From Breznakia sp. PF5-3 (lineage in GTDB: Bacteria; Bacillota_I; Bacilli_A; Erysipelotrichales; Erysipelotrichaceae): DNA of 32,000 nt. This document shows positions 1-9,671 of this stretch, one piece after another. The position numbers and the translations under genes were made by a program. A model generated the notes under the pieces. It saw nothing but the letters and a program-made list of their open reading frames with translations, ran no database searches and was not told where the DNA came from. Every line of letters starts with the position of its first letter. Position 1 is the first letter of the stretch. Location of the stretch: positions 8,342-40,341 of the forward strand of contig NZ_JAQFIQ010000022.1 of the NCBI RefSeq assembly GCF_029504745.1, written 5' to 3'.

Positions 1-1
1 T

Positions 2-157
2 ACTGGTCACTTTATTATTATCTATGGAAAAGATAAAAATGGCTATTATAAACTTCATGACCCCAATAGTAAAGAACGTTCTCAAAAGACATGGAGTTAT
101 GAAAAATTAGCTTATCAAATTAATAATTTGTGGGAAATCACTGCAAATAAAAATTGA
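2..157 (+). CDS. 3' end of a gene cut by the window edge; the fragment resembles the C-terminus of C39-like (papain-fold, YvpB-type) peptidase domain proteins
   Basis: The frame is open from the window start: TGHFIIIYGKDKNGYYKLHDPNSKERSQKTWSYEKLAYQINNLWEITANKN, with TGA at 155-157 followed by a hairpin and T-run. The GH-hydrophobic strand followed by DP resembles the catalytic-His region of C39_2-like peptidases. Only 51 aa are visible. Confidence 0.4.
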   Translation, partial: TGHFIIIYGKDKNGYYKLHDPNSKERSQKTWSYEKLAYQINNLWEITANKN

Positions 158-180
158 AGATTAAAATCTTCAATTTTTTT
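154..180. terminator. Bidirectional rho-independent terminator shared by the convergent peptidase fragment (+) and the MFS gene (-)
   Basis: TTGAAGATT-aa-AATCTTCAA inverted repeat at 154-173. It is followed by T7 on the plus strand and preceded by an A-rich run (T-run on the minus strand). Both stop codons lie inside the stem. Confidence 0.7.
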
Positions 181-1378
181 GTGTTAATTCTTTTTCGTTT
201 TGTTTTCGACGATACATGGCCATTAATACTAGTGCACATCCAAAGAAGATACCTGCGAAAAGAAAAGACAACTTTGCTCCAAGTGCATAGATAAACCCTG
301 CAAACAATGCACCTACAATCATCCCTAAACTCTTCATTGCATTATAAAATCCCATTACCATACTACTATTCTCATTGTTACTATTTTTAGCACATAGATC
401 TTGAACTAGTGGTATGTACATTGCATTAAAAGCAAAGAATATAATATTCACTAAAATAAACGGTAAAATATCATCAAATAAGAAAATCATGAACAAACAA
501 GTACTAGCACCTAAGAAAATATACATAAGTGATTTTCTAACATCTGTATTTCTTAAAATCCATAAACAGATTGTTGTATTTGCCAATAAAGAAATAAAAC
601 CTACAACTGCTTTTAATGTTCCATTATAACTAGAATTAAAATCAAAAGCATCTTTTATATAATAATTAAAACATTGATCATAGGCAGTAGATGCTAGAGA
701 AGTAATGAATACAATAAGAAATAAAATTACAAACAGTTTATTCATAAACTGTCTTGAATCAGAAAATGCTTTAAATGGATTTGCATCTCTAACAAATTTA
801 AAAGTATCTTTTTGTGGTTGTTTATCATCTTCTAAAAGAAAGTAAAACATAACTCCACTAAGAATTAAAGTTCCTGCCTGTAACATAAAAGTAAACGGAA
901 TTGATATAACCCCAATAAAACCACCAATCAAATATCCAAAAGCACCAAATACAGTTGTACAAGTTGCATTCAAGGCCAAATGTTTACCTCGAATTTCTGG
1001 GTTTCCTTTATTAATTACATAAGTAAGAAAGCTTACCATGATACCTCCAACAAAAAAACCTGAAGTAAATCTTGCCATCAAAATCGTTCCTTGCTCTTGT
1101 GCCAACATGAACATAATCTGTCCAACTCCATATCCACAACAACAAATCAGCAAGGTTTTTCTACTACTAATCCGATTTACCATCTTTGCCCAAAACGGTG
1201 AAAACAAGAAATTTGTAAACGCCATGCCTGCAAAAGCTACCCCAAACATATAATCGGGTAGCTGTAAGTTTTTTATCAACGTTGGTGTGATTGGATGTGC
1301 AAAGTTGGCAGCAAGACTTTCAATCGCAACAATCGCTAAAAATAGATATAATTTTTTTTCACTTATATAATTATTCAT
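170..1378 (-). CDS. MFS (major facilitator superfamily) transporter, about 12 TM segments
   Basis: 402-aa ORF, hydrophobic throughout with two six-helix halves separated by a charged loop ([17 protein letters not shown]). Its ATG overlaps the uvrB stop (AATGAATAA). Confidence 0.8.
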   Translation of the reverse strand: MNNYISEKKLYLFLAIVAIESLAANFAHPITPTLIKNLQLPDYMFGVAFAGMAFTNFLFSPFWAKMVNRISSRKTLLICCCGYGVGQIMFMLAQEQGTILMARFTSGFFVGGIMVSFLTYVINKGNPEIRGKHLALNATCTTVFGAFGYLIGGFIGVISIPFTFMLQAGTLILSGVMFYFLLEDDKQPQKDTFKFVRDANPFKAFSDSRQFMNKLFVILFLIVFITSLASTAYDQCFNYYIKDAFDFNSSYNGTLKAVVGFISLLANTTICLWILRNTDVRKSLMYIFLGASTCLFMIFLFDDILPFILVNIIFFAFNAMYIPLVQDLCAKNSNNENSSMVMGFYNAMKSLGMIVGALFAGFIYALGAKLSFLFAGIFFGCALVLMAMYRRKQNEKELTQKN

Positions 1379-3347
1379 TTCTAAGTTCCACTAAAATATC
1401 CCGTAATTCTGCTGCTCTTTCAAAGTCTAATACTTTGGCAGCATCCTTCATTTCTTTTTCAATATTTGCCAACATTTTATCTTTATCCTTTTTCGATACT
1501 TTGGTTTTCTTACTTAAATATTTCGCAGTCATCTCTTTTGTTTCTAAAGAGTGTAATGCTTCATGAATTGGTTTAATAATCGTTTTTGGTGTAATACCAT
1601 GTTCTTTATTATATGCAATTTGAATATCACGACGTCGTTTTGTTTCATCTAATGCATATTTCATAGATTCTGTCATATTGTCAGCATACATGATAACATG
1701 CCCATTACTATTACGTGCAGCACGTCCTATAATTTGGACTAGTGAACGTTTACTACGTAAAAAACCTTCTTTATCTGCATCTAAAATACAGATTAATGAA
1801 ACCTCTGGAATATCCAATCCTTCACGAAGTAAATTAATCCCTACTAATACATCATATTTCCCTTGTCTCAATTCACGAATAATCTCTGTACGTTCAATGG
1901 TTGTAACCTCATGGTGCAACCATGCAACCTTGAAATCAAGTTGCTTTAAATGACTTGTTAGATCTTCAGCCATTCGTACAGTTAACGTAGTGATTAGCGT
2001 TCGCTCACCACGTTTTATCTGCTCTTGAATTTCATCCACAATATCATCAATTTGCCCATGTGTTTTCCGTACTTCTACTTCTGGATCAAGCAATCCTGTA
2101 GGACGAATGATTTGCTCTACAATTTCCCCATTTGTTTTTTCAAGTTCATAATCCCCTGGTGTTGCTGATACAAAAATCGCTTGGTTGATCATAGATTCAA
2201 ATTCATTAAATTTCATTGGACGATTATCTAATGCACTAGGAAGTCGAAACCCAAAATTAACCAATGTTTCTTTTCTTGCTCGATCCCCATTATACATACC
2301 ACGAACTTGTGGTAAACTCACATGACTTTCATCTACGATTAATAAATAATCATCAGGAAAATAATCAAATAATGTATATGGTCTTTCGCCAGGTGAACGC
2401 CCATCAATATGACGTGAATAGTTTTCAATACCTGGACAAACACCGAACTCTCTTAACGCTTCAATATCATATAAAGCACGTTGTTCCAAACGTTGTGCTT
2501 CCAACAATTTATCTTCACTTCTAAAATATGATAAACGTTCTTTCAACTCTGCTTCAATTGTTAGACACGCTCTTTCAAGTTGTTCTTTTGGTGATGCATA
2601 TCCATTTGCAGGATATACTACATAAACTTGATAGGCATGGAAGACTTTTCCTGTAACTGGATCCACCTCAACAATACGTTCAATCATATTATCAAACATT
2701 TCAATCCGTAATATATAACTATCCGTATGTCCTAAAGCCACTTCAATACTATCTCCACGAACTCTAAAACAACCACGCTGTAAATCAATATCATTACGTT
2801 TATATTGACGATCAACTAGTTTTTGTAGTAATTCTTTACGATCGATTTCCTCATTTACCCGTAGATTAAAAAACATATTACGATATGTTTCTGGATTACT
2901 AGCCCCATAGATACATGCTACACTCGCTACAATAATCGTATCTCTACGTTCTAAAACACTGTTTTCTGCAGCCATTCTCAACATATCAAGTTCTTGATTT
3001 GTCGTTGCTGTTTTATCGATATAAGTGTCACTGTTTGGAATATATGCCTCTGGTTGATAATAATCAAAATTTGAAACAAAATACTCTACTCGGTTATTCG
3101 GGAAGAACTCTTTAAACTCACTGTACAATTGTCCCGCCAAGGTTTTATTATGTACAAAAACCAAAGTAGGTTTATTTACTTTGGCTATTACATTTGATAC
3201 AGTAAACGTTTTCCCAGTACCTGTGGCACCAAGTAAAACTTGCTGTTTTTTTCCAGCTTCTAAGCCTTTGGTAAGTTCTGCAATCGCTTTGATTTGATCT
3301 CCTTGTGGCTTAAAATCTGATACTAAATCAAATAGTTTATTTTCCAC
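1371..3347 (-). CDS. uvrB: Excinuclease ABC subunit B (UvrB)
   Basis: 658 aa with Walker A GATGTGKT, helicase motifs ([14 protein letters not shown]) and a C-terminal UVR domain ([11 protein letters not shown]). Start is GTG at 3347, preceded by GGAGG with a 6-nt spacer. Confidence 0.97.
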   Translation of the reverse strand: MENKLFDLVSDFKPQGDQIKAIAELTKGLEAGKKQQVLLGATGTGKTFTVSNVIAKVNKPTLVFVHNKTLAGQLYSEFKEFFPNNRVEYFVSNFDYYQPEAYIPNSDTYIDKTATTNQELDMLRMAAENSVLERRDTIIVASVACIYGASNPETYRNMFFNLRVNEEIDRKELLQKLVDRQYKRNDIDLQRGCFRVRGDSIEVALGHTDSYILRIEMFDNMIERIVEVDPVTGKVFHAYQVYVVYPANGYASPKEQLERACLTIEAELKERLSYFRSEDKLLEAQRLEQRALYDIEALREFGVCPGIENYSRHIDGRSPGERPYTLFDYFPDDYLLIVDESHVSLPQVRGMYNGDRARKETLVNFGFRLPSALDNRPMKFNEFESMINQAIFVSATPGDYELEKTNGEIVEQIIRPTGLLDPEVEVRKTHGQIDDIVDEIQEQIKRGERTLITTLTVRMAEDLTSHLKQLDFKVAWLHHEVTTIERTEIIRELRQGKYDVLVGINLLREGLDIPEVSLICILDADKEGFLRSKRSLVQIIGRAARNSNGHVIMYADNMTESMKYALDETKRRRDIQIAYNKEHGITPKTIIKPIHEALHSLETKEMTAKYLSKKTKVSKKDKDKMLANIEKEMKDAAKVLDFERAAELRDILVELRNE

Positions 3348-4836
3348 TCACTACCTCCAATGCTTTTTTCATCTGTGTATCCAAAACATCTTTTTCATCA
3401 TGCCATTTTCGTGATGCTGCAGAAATTGCACTACTCACCAATTTAGCATTAACTTCTCCTGATTCTGTTAGACCATTATCCTTTTGAAACCGCTTCACTG
3501 CCGCTAATGTAGATTCAGAAAAATAACCATCTTTACGATCCACATCATATCCTAAGAAACTTAAATAAACCTGCATATCCTTCACTGGATCACCAACTTG
3601 ATTTACTTTATATGTCTCTTCATCATCTGATGTTTTATAACTCATCGCTTGATTTAATTTTACTTCATAATCTGGTTTGATACCAATCTTATGAATTTTT
3701 TCTTTCGTTGGCGTTAACCATTCTGCAATTGTATACTTGAAAATACTACCATCATCAAAAGAAATAGAATTTTGTACCGTTCCTTTTCCATATGATTTTG
3801 TACCTACTACTTTAGCATCTAAATGCTCTTTTAAAGCAGCCGTTAATAATTCCGAAGCACTCGCTGTATTTTCATTGATAATAATACCAACGTTATCAAA
3901 TTTATACTGTTTACTTGATGACTTAGTTGCATATTCACTAAGTTCTCCATTTTTATCTTCTTGATATAACACAATTTCATTAGGTCCCAAGAACAATCCA
4001 GCAATTGAGATTGCTGTTGTTACATATCCACCACCATTATCACGTAAATCAATCACTACATTTTTTACTTTCTTTTCTTTAAACGCTTCTAAATAACGTT
4101 CTACTTCAACTGCTGTATCATCTGAAAAAGAAGATAATTCCAATACTCCTATTCCATCTTTCACATATCCATACACAGTTACGGAAACCTTTGCTCTTGT
4201 CATATCAAGGGTTAATGTTTCTTTCCCTCGTTGCACTTCAACGCTAACCTTTGTTCCTTCTTCACCAATGATCATTTCTTTAATATCATTAATTTCTTTT
4301 TTTGATATATCGACACCATCCACTTTTTTGATGATATCTCCTTCTTTCATTCCTGCCTTTTCAGCCGGTGAATCAATAAAAATCTTTTCTACTAAAATTG
4401 CATCATTCAATTCATAGTATTGAATTCCAATTCCTGTTAGTGAACCTGAAAGCGAAGTAAGCAATGCACTTGCTGATTTCTCATCCATATATTCTGTATG
4501 TGTATCCATATCATTTTCATTCGCAATTCCATTGATTGCATGATCAATAATATAGCTTTCTAAATCCTTTACATCTTTTCCAAAATACCAATCACTCGCT
4601 AAAATATCATAAATTTCTTGAAATTTTTCTGACTCAACAGCGCTTAAACTCTGGGTTCTAGAAGATGTTGTACGAGATGAACCTCCTACATTTCCACCAA
4701 CAAAAAAACCTCCTGTGAAACAAAGTACACACGCTAATACAATAAGTATTCCAATTCTTCTTTTTTTCTTTTCTCTTGCTATTTCATCTGGCCATCTATG
4801 TTTTTCGACCATAATCTTTTTTTTATTTTCATCCAT
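3337..4836 (-). CDS. S41 carboxy-terminal processing peptidase (Ctp) with N-terminal TM anchor, PDZ domain and C-terminal peptidoglycan-binding domain
   Basis: 499 aa. Contains a TM helix ([21 protein letters not shown]), a PDZ-like segment ([19 protein letters not shown]), S41 Ser/Lys motifs (NENTASASE ... SYGKGTVQ) and a PG_binding_1-like tail ([33 protein letters not shown]). Confidence 0.9.
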   Translation of the reverse strand: MDENKKKIMVEKHRWPDEIAREKKKRRIGILIVLACVLCFTGGFFVGGNVGGSSRTTSSRTQSLSAVESEKFQEIYDILASDWYFGKDVKDLESYIIDHAINGIANENDMDTHTEYMDEKSASALLTSLSGSLTGIGIQYYELNDAILVEKIFIDSPAEKAGMKEGDIIKKVDGVDISKKEINDIKEMIIGEEGTKVSVEVQRGKETLTLDMTRAKVSVTVYGYVKDGIGVLELSSFSDDTAVEVERYLEAFKEKKVKNVVIDLRDNGGGYVTTAISIAGLFLGPNEIVLYQEDKNGELSEYATKSSSKQYKFDNVGIIINENTASASELLTAALKEHLDAKVVGTKSYGKGTVQNSISFDDGSIFKYTIAEWLTPTKEKIHKIGIKPDYEVKLNQAMSYKTSDDEETYKVNQVGDPVKDMQVYLSFLGYDVDRKDGYFSESTLAAVKRFQKDNGLTESGEVNAKLVSSAISAASRKWHDEKDVLDTQMKKALEVVSGK

Positions 4837-4870
4837 AATAGTAACCTCGCCTATTTATTGTATCACAAGA

Positions 4871-4898
4871 AAAGATGTTATAAAACTATAACATCTTT
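4871..4898 (-). terminator. Rho-independent terminator after glgP
   Basis: On the minus strand: AAAGATGTTATA-gttt-TATAACATCTTT (12-bp stem) followed by TCTTGTG, 26 nt after the glgP stop. Confidence 0.65.
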
Positions 4899-4923
4899 AT
4901 ATAATTACAGGATTTATCTTTTA

Positions 4924-7329
4924 CTAAAAATTGGTTTTTGGTAAAAACCAAATGTCCTTCACATACTCATCAATGGTACGATCACTAGAGAAATAGCTTG
5001 AACATGCAATATTCTTTAAACACATCGTTGCCCATTCACTACGGTTTTTATAACGCTCTTCCACATTATGTTGTGCTTGATGATATGCCCAAAAGTCTTT
5101 CAATACTAAATATTCATCGTTTTTATTCATAACCTCTTCAAAGATAGCGGCAAAATCACGGTCTATTCCACTAAATTCATCACTTAACAAGGAATCCATC
5201 ACTTTATGTATTTCTGGATCACTGTTATATATGTCCCATACATTGTATGCATTTTCATATTTTAATTGTGCTACTTCTTCAGCTCGTAAACCAAAGATTT
5301 CCGCATTATCAAATCCCACTTTCTCAACAATCTCAACATTTGCACCATCCAATGTACCAAGTGTCAATGCCCCATTCATCATAAACTTCATATTACCAGT
5401 ACCACTTGCTTCCTTACCAGCAGTAGAGATTTGTTCTGAGACATCTGCTGCATTCATCAATATTTCTGCGATACTCACTCCATAATTTGGAATGAATACA
5501 ACCTTCATATATTTTGATACATCTGGATCATTGTTTACTTTATTCGCTAAACAATTAATCAATTTAATAACCTTTTTCGCAAACACATAGGATGGAGCCG
5601 CTTTCGCTGCAAAAATAAAGGTTCTTGGATACATCGTATACTCTGGGTTTTCTTTGATTCGATTATATAAATAAATAATATGCAAGACATTCAATAATTG
5701 TCTTTTGTATGCGTGCAAGCGTTTAGCTTGAACATCAAAGATAGAATTAACATCTATCTCCACATCACATGTTTTTTTAATATAGGCTGCTAGTATTTCT
5801 TTTCGTTTCTGTTTCACATTCAAGAAACTCTCTTTAATACCCATGTCATCTGCATATGTTAATAGCTTTTTAAGCTCTTTAGGATTTTCTTTCCATCCTT
5901 CACCAATTGTATCATCCAATAACTTTGTAAGTTGTGGATTTGAATACATCAACCATCGGCGATGCGTAATTCCATTTGTCTTATTATTAAATTTATGAGG
6001 CATGATATCATAAAAATCTTTCATTACCTCTTCTTTTAAAATCTTTGTATGCAAAGCTGCAACCCCATTTACACTATGTGATCCCACAATTGCTAAATGA
6101 GCCATATGAATCTGACCTTCCTTTAAAATCGATACATTAGGTAAGATTTCTGGACGATTATATTTATGATGCAAATTATATTCAAATCGATTTTGAATCT
6201 CTTGAATAACCATATACACTCTTGGTAACAATTTCTGAATATAAGCTATTGGCCATTTTTCTAAAGCTTCTGACAAAACAGTATGGTTTGTATAAGCCAT
6301 TGTATTAATCGTAATATCCCAAGCTTGATCCCATGCATATTCATAATCATCCATCAAAATTCTCATCAATTCAGGAATTGCCAAAACCGGATGCGTATCA
6401 TTCAATTGAATTGCAACCTTTTCAGAAAAATTGTCCAAATTAGGATAATTCTTTAAATGTTGACGAATAATAGAATGAACTCCAGCACTAACAAAGAAAT
6501 ACTGTTGTTTAATTCTCAACAGCTTACCTTCTTCTGTAGAGTCATCTGGATACAAACTATTACAAATCTCACGTACTTCTTTAATATATTGTGTATGGTC
6601 ACGATTTAAACTCTCTTCAGCAGGCTCTGCTGACCAAAGACGTAATGTATTAGTAAGTTTTCGATTATACCCAACAATTGGAACATCATAAGGTACGGCA
6701 TTTACAACCTGTGAATTCCGTAGTTCAATTTTAATCTTTCCATGTTCATTTACATATTGGTGTACTTTACCACCGAAATGTACCTGCACAGTATGTTTTG
6801 GTTTCTTTATTTCCCATACATTTCCTAATTTTAGCCAAAGATCAGGTACTTCTTTTTGCTTGTAATCTTCAATTAACTGTTTGAAAAAACCATACTCATA
6901 TCGGATACAATTTCCATGACCAATATACCCTTCAGAAGCAATCGAATCCATGAAACAAGCAGCTAGTCTTCCTAGACCACCATTACCTAATCCTGCATCC
7001 GTTTCCAAATCTTCTAAGCCATTGATATCAATCCCTAATTCTTCCAAACCTTCTTTCACAATATCATATATTTGAAGATTCATAAGATTATTCGTAAATA
7101 AACGACCCATTAAGAATTCCATTGAAAAATAGAACACTTGTTTTTCTTGGGACATGCGATTTTCATCTTTACTTTCCTTCCAGTGCAGACTAATATACTC
7201 ACGTATAACTTCACCCAACGTCAAATATTGTTCAGTAATGTGTGCTGTATCTATTGAGATTCCGAATAACTCAATCATTTTTTCTTCATATTCTCGTATG
7301 AAATTTTCTTTAGTAAAATCTCTAATCAT
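4924..7329 (-). CDS. glgP: Glycogen/alpha-glucan phosphorylase (GT35)
   Basis: Contains the PLP-lysine region EASGTGNMKFMMNGALTLGTLDGANVEI and an N-terminal GLGNGGLGRLAACF motif. I prefer the ATG at 7329 (GGAGAGTAAATATG) to the 12-codon longer ORF start at 7365. Confidence 0.95.
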   Translation of the reverse strand: MIRDFTKENFIREYEEKMIELFGISIDTAHITEQYLTLGEVIREYISLHWKESKDENRMSQEKQVFYFSMEFLMGRLFTNNLMNLQIYDIVKEGLEELGIDINGLEDLETDAGLGNGGLGRLAACFMDSIASEGYIGHGNCIRYEYGFFKQLIEDYKQKEVPDLWLKLGNVWEIKKPKHTVQVHFGGKVHQYVNEHGKIKIELRNSQVVNAVPYDVPIVGYNRKLTNTLRLWSAEPAEESLNRDHTQYIKEVREICNSLYPDDSTEEGKLLRIKQQYFFVSAGVHSIIRQHLKNYPNLDNFSEKVAIQLNDTHPVLAIPELMRILMDDYEYAWDQAWDITINTMAYTNHTVLSEALEKWPIAYIQKLLPRVYMVIQEIQNRFEYNLHHKYNRPEILPNVSILKEGQIHMAHLAIVGSHSVNGVAALHTKILKEEVMKDFYDIMPHKFNNKTNGITHRRWLMYSNPQLTKLLDDTIGEGWKENPKELKKLLTYADDMGIKESFLNVKQKRKEILAAYIKKTCDVEIDVNSIFDVQAKRLHAYKRQLLNVLHIIYLYNRIKENPEYTMYPRTFIFAAKAAPSYVFAKKVIKLINCLANKVNNDPDVSKYMKVVFIPNYGVSIAEILMNAADVSEQISTAGKEASGTGNMKFMMNGALTLGTLDGANVEIVEKVGFDNAEIFGLRAEEVAQLKYENAYNVWDIYNSDPEIHKVMDSLLSDEFSGIDRDFAAIFEEVMNKNDEYLVLKDFWAYHQAQHNVEERYKNRSEWATMCLKNIACSSYFSSDRTIDEYVKDIWFLPKTNF

Positions 7330-7339
7330 ATTTACTCTC

Positions 7340-9187
7340 CTATTCAAAATACTTATTTTTATCATGCTTATTTACATGCTTCAAAATGACACCTGCAAAA
7401 GGTGCTACATCAATTTTAATATAATATGGTTTATAGTCAACATATTTTTCCAAAGCTTTTACTGGTTTTGAATTTATGATATTAGAACCTGAGTAAATAT
7501 CTTTTTCACTATTCAATATTTCTTCATATAATCCATCTTCTAAAACACCAAAATAATGATTCTTATATGTATTTGGTGACATGTTCAATATAACTACTAA
7601 TGTTTCATCATCACTTTTTCGAATAAATGAAAATAAATTTTCATTGGTATTATCAGCATCAATCCATTCAAAGTAACGATAATCATAATCATTTTGATAA
7701 AGAGCTGGTTGGGTTGTATAAAGCGTATTCAAATCTTTCATAAACCGTTTGAAAGAATCATGCATCGGATACTCCAACAAGAACCAATCATTCTCTTGCT
7801 CTTCATCAAACTCACGCATATGACCAATTTCATTGCCCATGAAGTTTAACTTTTTACCAGGATGTGTATACATATATGTATACAATAATCGAGCTTGTGC
7901 AAATTTTTCTTCATAGCTTCCCCACATCTTGTTAACAATCGTAGCTTTTCCATGAACCACCTCATCATGAGAGAAAGGCAGAATAAAGTTTTCACTAAAG
8001 AAATAAGACATACTAAAGTTTATTTTATTATGATTATGTTGCCGATAAACAGGATCCATTTTAAAATATTCAAGTGTATCATTCATCCACCCTAGATCCC
8101 ATTTATAATCAAAGCCTAATCCAAGATTATTGATATTGCTAGTAACATTTTCAAAATCACTAGAATCCTCAGCAATTAAGATTACCTCACCCAAATGTTT
8201 ATGTAACAAATAATTCATGCGACGAATAAACGTTAATGCCCCTTCATTAATTCCACGATCTTTATTCCCTTGCCAATAAATAATATTCGATACTGCATCA
8301 ATCCGTAAACCATCACCATGAAATTCACTTAACCAATATCCAGCTGCACTCATCAAAAAAGAACGCACTTCTTCTTTATGAAGATCAAAGTTCGCTGTTC
8401 CCCATTCACTAAATGCATCATATTTCTTTTCATATTCATAAAGATGAGTTCCATCAAAATTTCGTAATGCATAATTGTCCATCACAAAATGAACTGGTAC
8501 AAAATCAAAGATTACACCAATGTTATTTCGATGAAGTTCGTTTATTAAATATTTCAAATCCTGAATGGATCCATACCGTGATGTTGCACTAAAATAACCA
8601 CTGGTTTGATATCCCCAACTTCCATCAAAAGGATACTCACTCAATGGCATAAATTCCACATGCGTAAACTTCATCTCTTTAATATATGCAATCAAAGCTT
8701 CACAAATTGAACGATAGGTAACTTCTTCACCATTCGTTTTCCAAGCACCAAGATGCATTTCATAAATATTCATTGGTGAATGAAAACAACGTGTTCGTTT
8801 ATCCATCCATTCTTGATCGCTCCACTCATATTTTAAATCTACAACAATTGATGCTGTATTAGGTCGCAATTCACTATAAAATGCATATGGATCCATCTTA
8901 TCCACCACTTCACCATCCGCTTGCTCAACACGATATTTATAATAATCTCCTGCTTTGGCACCAACAATAAAAATGCTCCACACTCCACGATTATCCACTT
9001 TCTGCATAACATGGCTATCTGGATTCCAATCATTAAAACTTCCAATTACCCGAACACTTTTTGCTGCTGGTGCATATACACTGAAACGAACCCCTGAAGT
9101 TTGCTCAAACCCTATATGGGCACCAAAAGATGTATACGAATCTATAGATTGTCCCTCAAAAAATGCATTTATGACTCTACTCTTCAT
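7340..9187 (-). CDS. glgB: 1,4-alpha-glucan branching enzyme (GH13)
   Basis: 615 aa with a CBM48-like N-terminus (VRFSVYAPAAKSVRVIGSFNDWN) and GH13 catalytic regions (DGLRIDAV, LIAEDSS, SHDEV). Its TAG stop overlaps the glgP SD. Confidence 0.95.
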   Translation of the reverse strand: MKSRVINAFFEGQSIDSYTSFGAHIGFEQTSGVRFSVYAPAAKSVRVIGSFNDWNPDSHVMQKVDNRGVWSIFIVGAKAGDYYKYRVEQADGEVVDKMDPYAFYSELRPNTASIVVDLKYEWSDQEWMDKRTRCFHSPMNIYEMHLGAWKTNGEEVTYRSICEALIAYIKEMKFTHVEFMPLSEYPFDGSWGYQTSGYFSATSRYGSIQDLKYLINELHRNNIGVIFDFVPVHFVMDNYALRNFDGTHLYEYEKKYDAFSEWGTANFDLHKEEVRSFLMSAAGYWLSEFHGDGLRIDAVSNIIYWQGNKDRGINEGALTFIRRMNYLLHKHLGEVILIAEDSSDFENVTSNINNLGLGFDYKWDLGWMNDTLEYFKMDPVYRQHNHNKINFSMSYFFSENFILPFSHDEVVHGKATIVNKMWGSYEEKFAQARLLYTYMYTHPGKKLNFMGNEIGHMREFDEEQENDWFLLEYPMHDSFKRFMKDLNTLYTTQPALYQNDYDYRYFEWIDADNTNENLFSFIRKSDDETLVVILNMSPNTYKNHYFGVLEDGLYEEILNSEKDIYSGSNIINSKPVKALEKYVDYKPYYIKIDVAPFAGVILKHVNKHDKNKYFE

Positions 9188-9287
9188 AGCAAACCTCCTG
9201 TTATATTCATTTTACCTTTTTCTTATCTTCGATACAACTTAATCGATATAAAATAAAGATAACTATCTATTAGTAACATAATAATAT

Positions 9288-9316
9288 ATTATATCAATAA
9301 TACAAGCTTTTTCGAA
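9288..9316 (-). promoter_or_regulatory. Putative sigma-A promoter for glgB-glgP
   Basis: Minus strand: TTCGAA, 17 nt, TATAAT with an extended TG (TGATATAAT). It lies about 100 nt upstream of the glgB ATG. Confidence 0.4.
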
Positions 9317-9330
9317 TACAATATATCATT

Positions 9331-9363
9331 AAAAAAGACAATATGTATATACCATATTGTCTT
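9331..9363 (-). terminator. Rho-independent terminator after the Dabb gene
   Basis: Minus strand: AAGACAATATG-gtatata-CATATTGTCTT (11-bp stem) followed by TTTTTTAATG, 9 nt after the stop. Confidence 0.85.
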
Positions 9364-9371
9364 CATCCTTT

Positions 9372-9671
9372 TTATAAAACGTAATCTACACAACTACGAA
9401 TCTTTGCCATTCCTTTCAAACACTTTGTTGCATCCTTATGTTTTGGATGATTTTGATATTGATTCAAAGCATCTTTACTTTCAAACTCACTAATCAAAAG
9501 CATATCCATATTGCTAGAATCTAAGATATCCACAATGACTTCTATCTTCACAATACCTTCAACAATAGGACCTAAGTTACTCATATTCAATTTAAACTCA
9601 AGCATGAGTTGTTCACGTTCAAATGGTGTCAAATCCTCTTTTAATTTCCACATTACGACATGACGTATCAT
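9372..9671 (-). CDS. Dabb (stress-responsive alpha/beta-barrel) family protein
   Basis: 99 aa: MIRHVVMWKLKEDL...FESKDALNQYQNHPKHKD, typical Dabb length and signature. Its ATG overlaps the pgcA TGA (ATGA). Confidence 0.8.
   Translation of the reverse strand: MIRHVVMWKLKEDLTPFEREQLMLEFKLNMSNLGPIVEGIVKIEVIVDILDSSNMDMLLISEFESKDALNQYQNHPKHKDATKCLKGMAKIRSCVDYVL

Noticed and set aside
7330-7365. N-terminal extensions offered by the ORF track (glgP to 7365, pgcA to 11416, permease to 21132, ATPase to 21793, MerR to 22577, rpsF to 23659, ispD to 26459, WYL to 27457, PNPOx-like from 27465, HAD to 28843)
   Set aside because: The upstream starts are non-ATG and/or lack an SD. They run through terminators or neighbouring genes, while an internal ATG with a good SD matches the conserved N-terminus of the family.
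414-9242. Many 60-105-aa plus-strand ORFs in the track (e.g. 414-629, 1038-1253, 1291-1566, 1678-1953, 2264-2524, 3737-3964, 5231-5485, 7154-7471, 7895-8095, 8955-9242), with similar ones further on
   Set aside because: All lie antisense inside long, confidently identified minus-strand genes. They lack SD sequences and have low-complexity compositions, so they are shadow ORFs.
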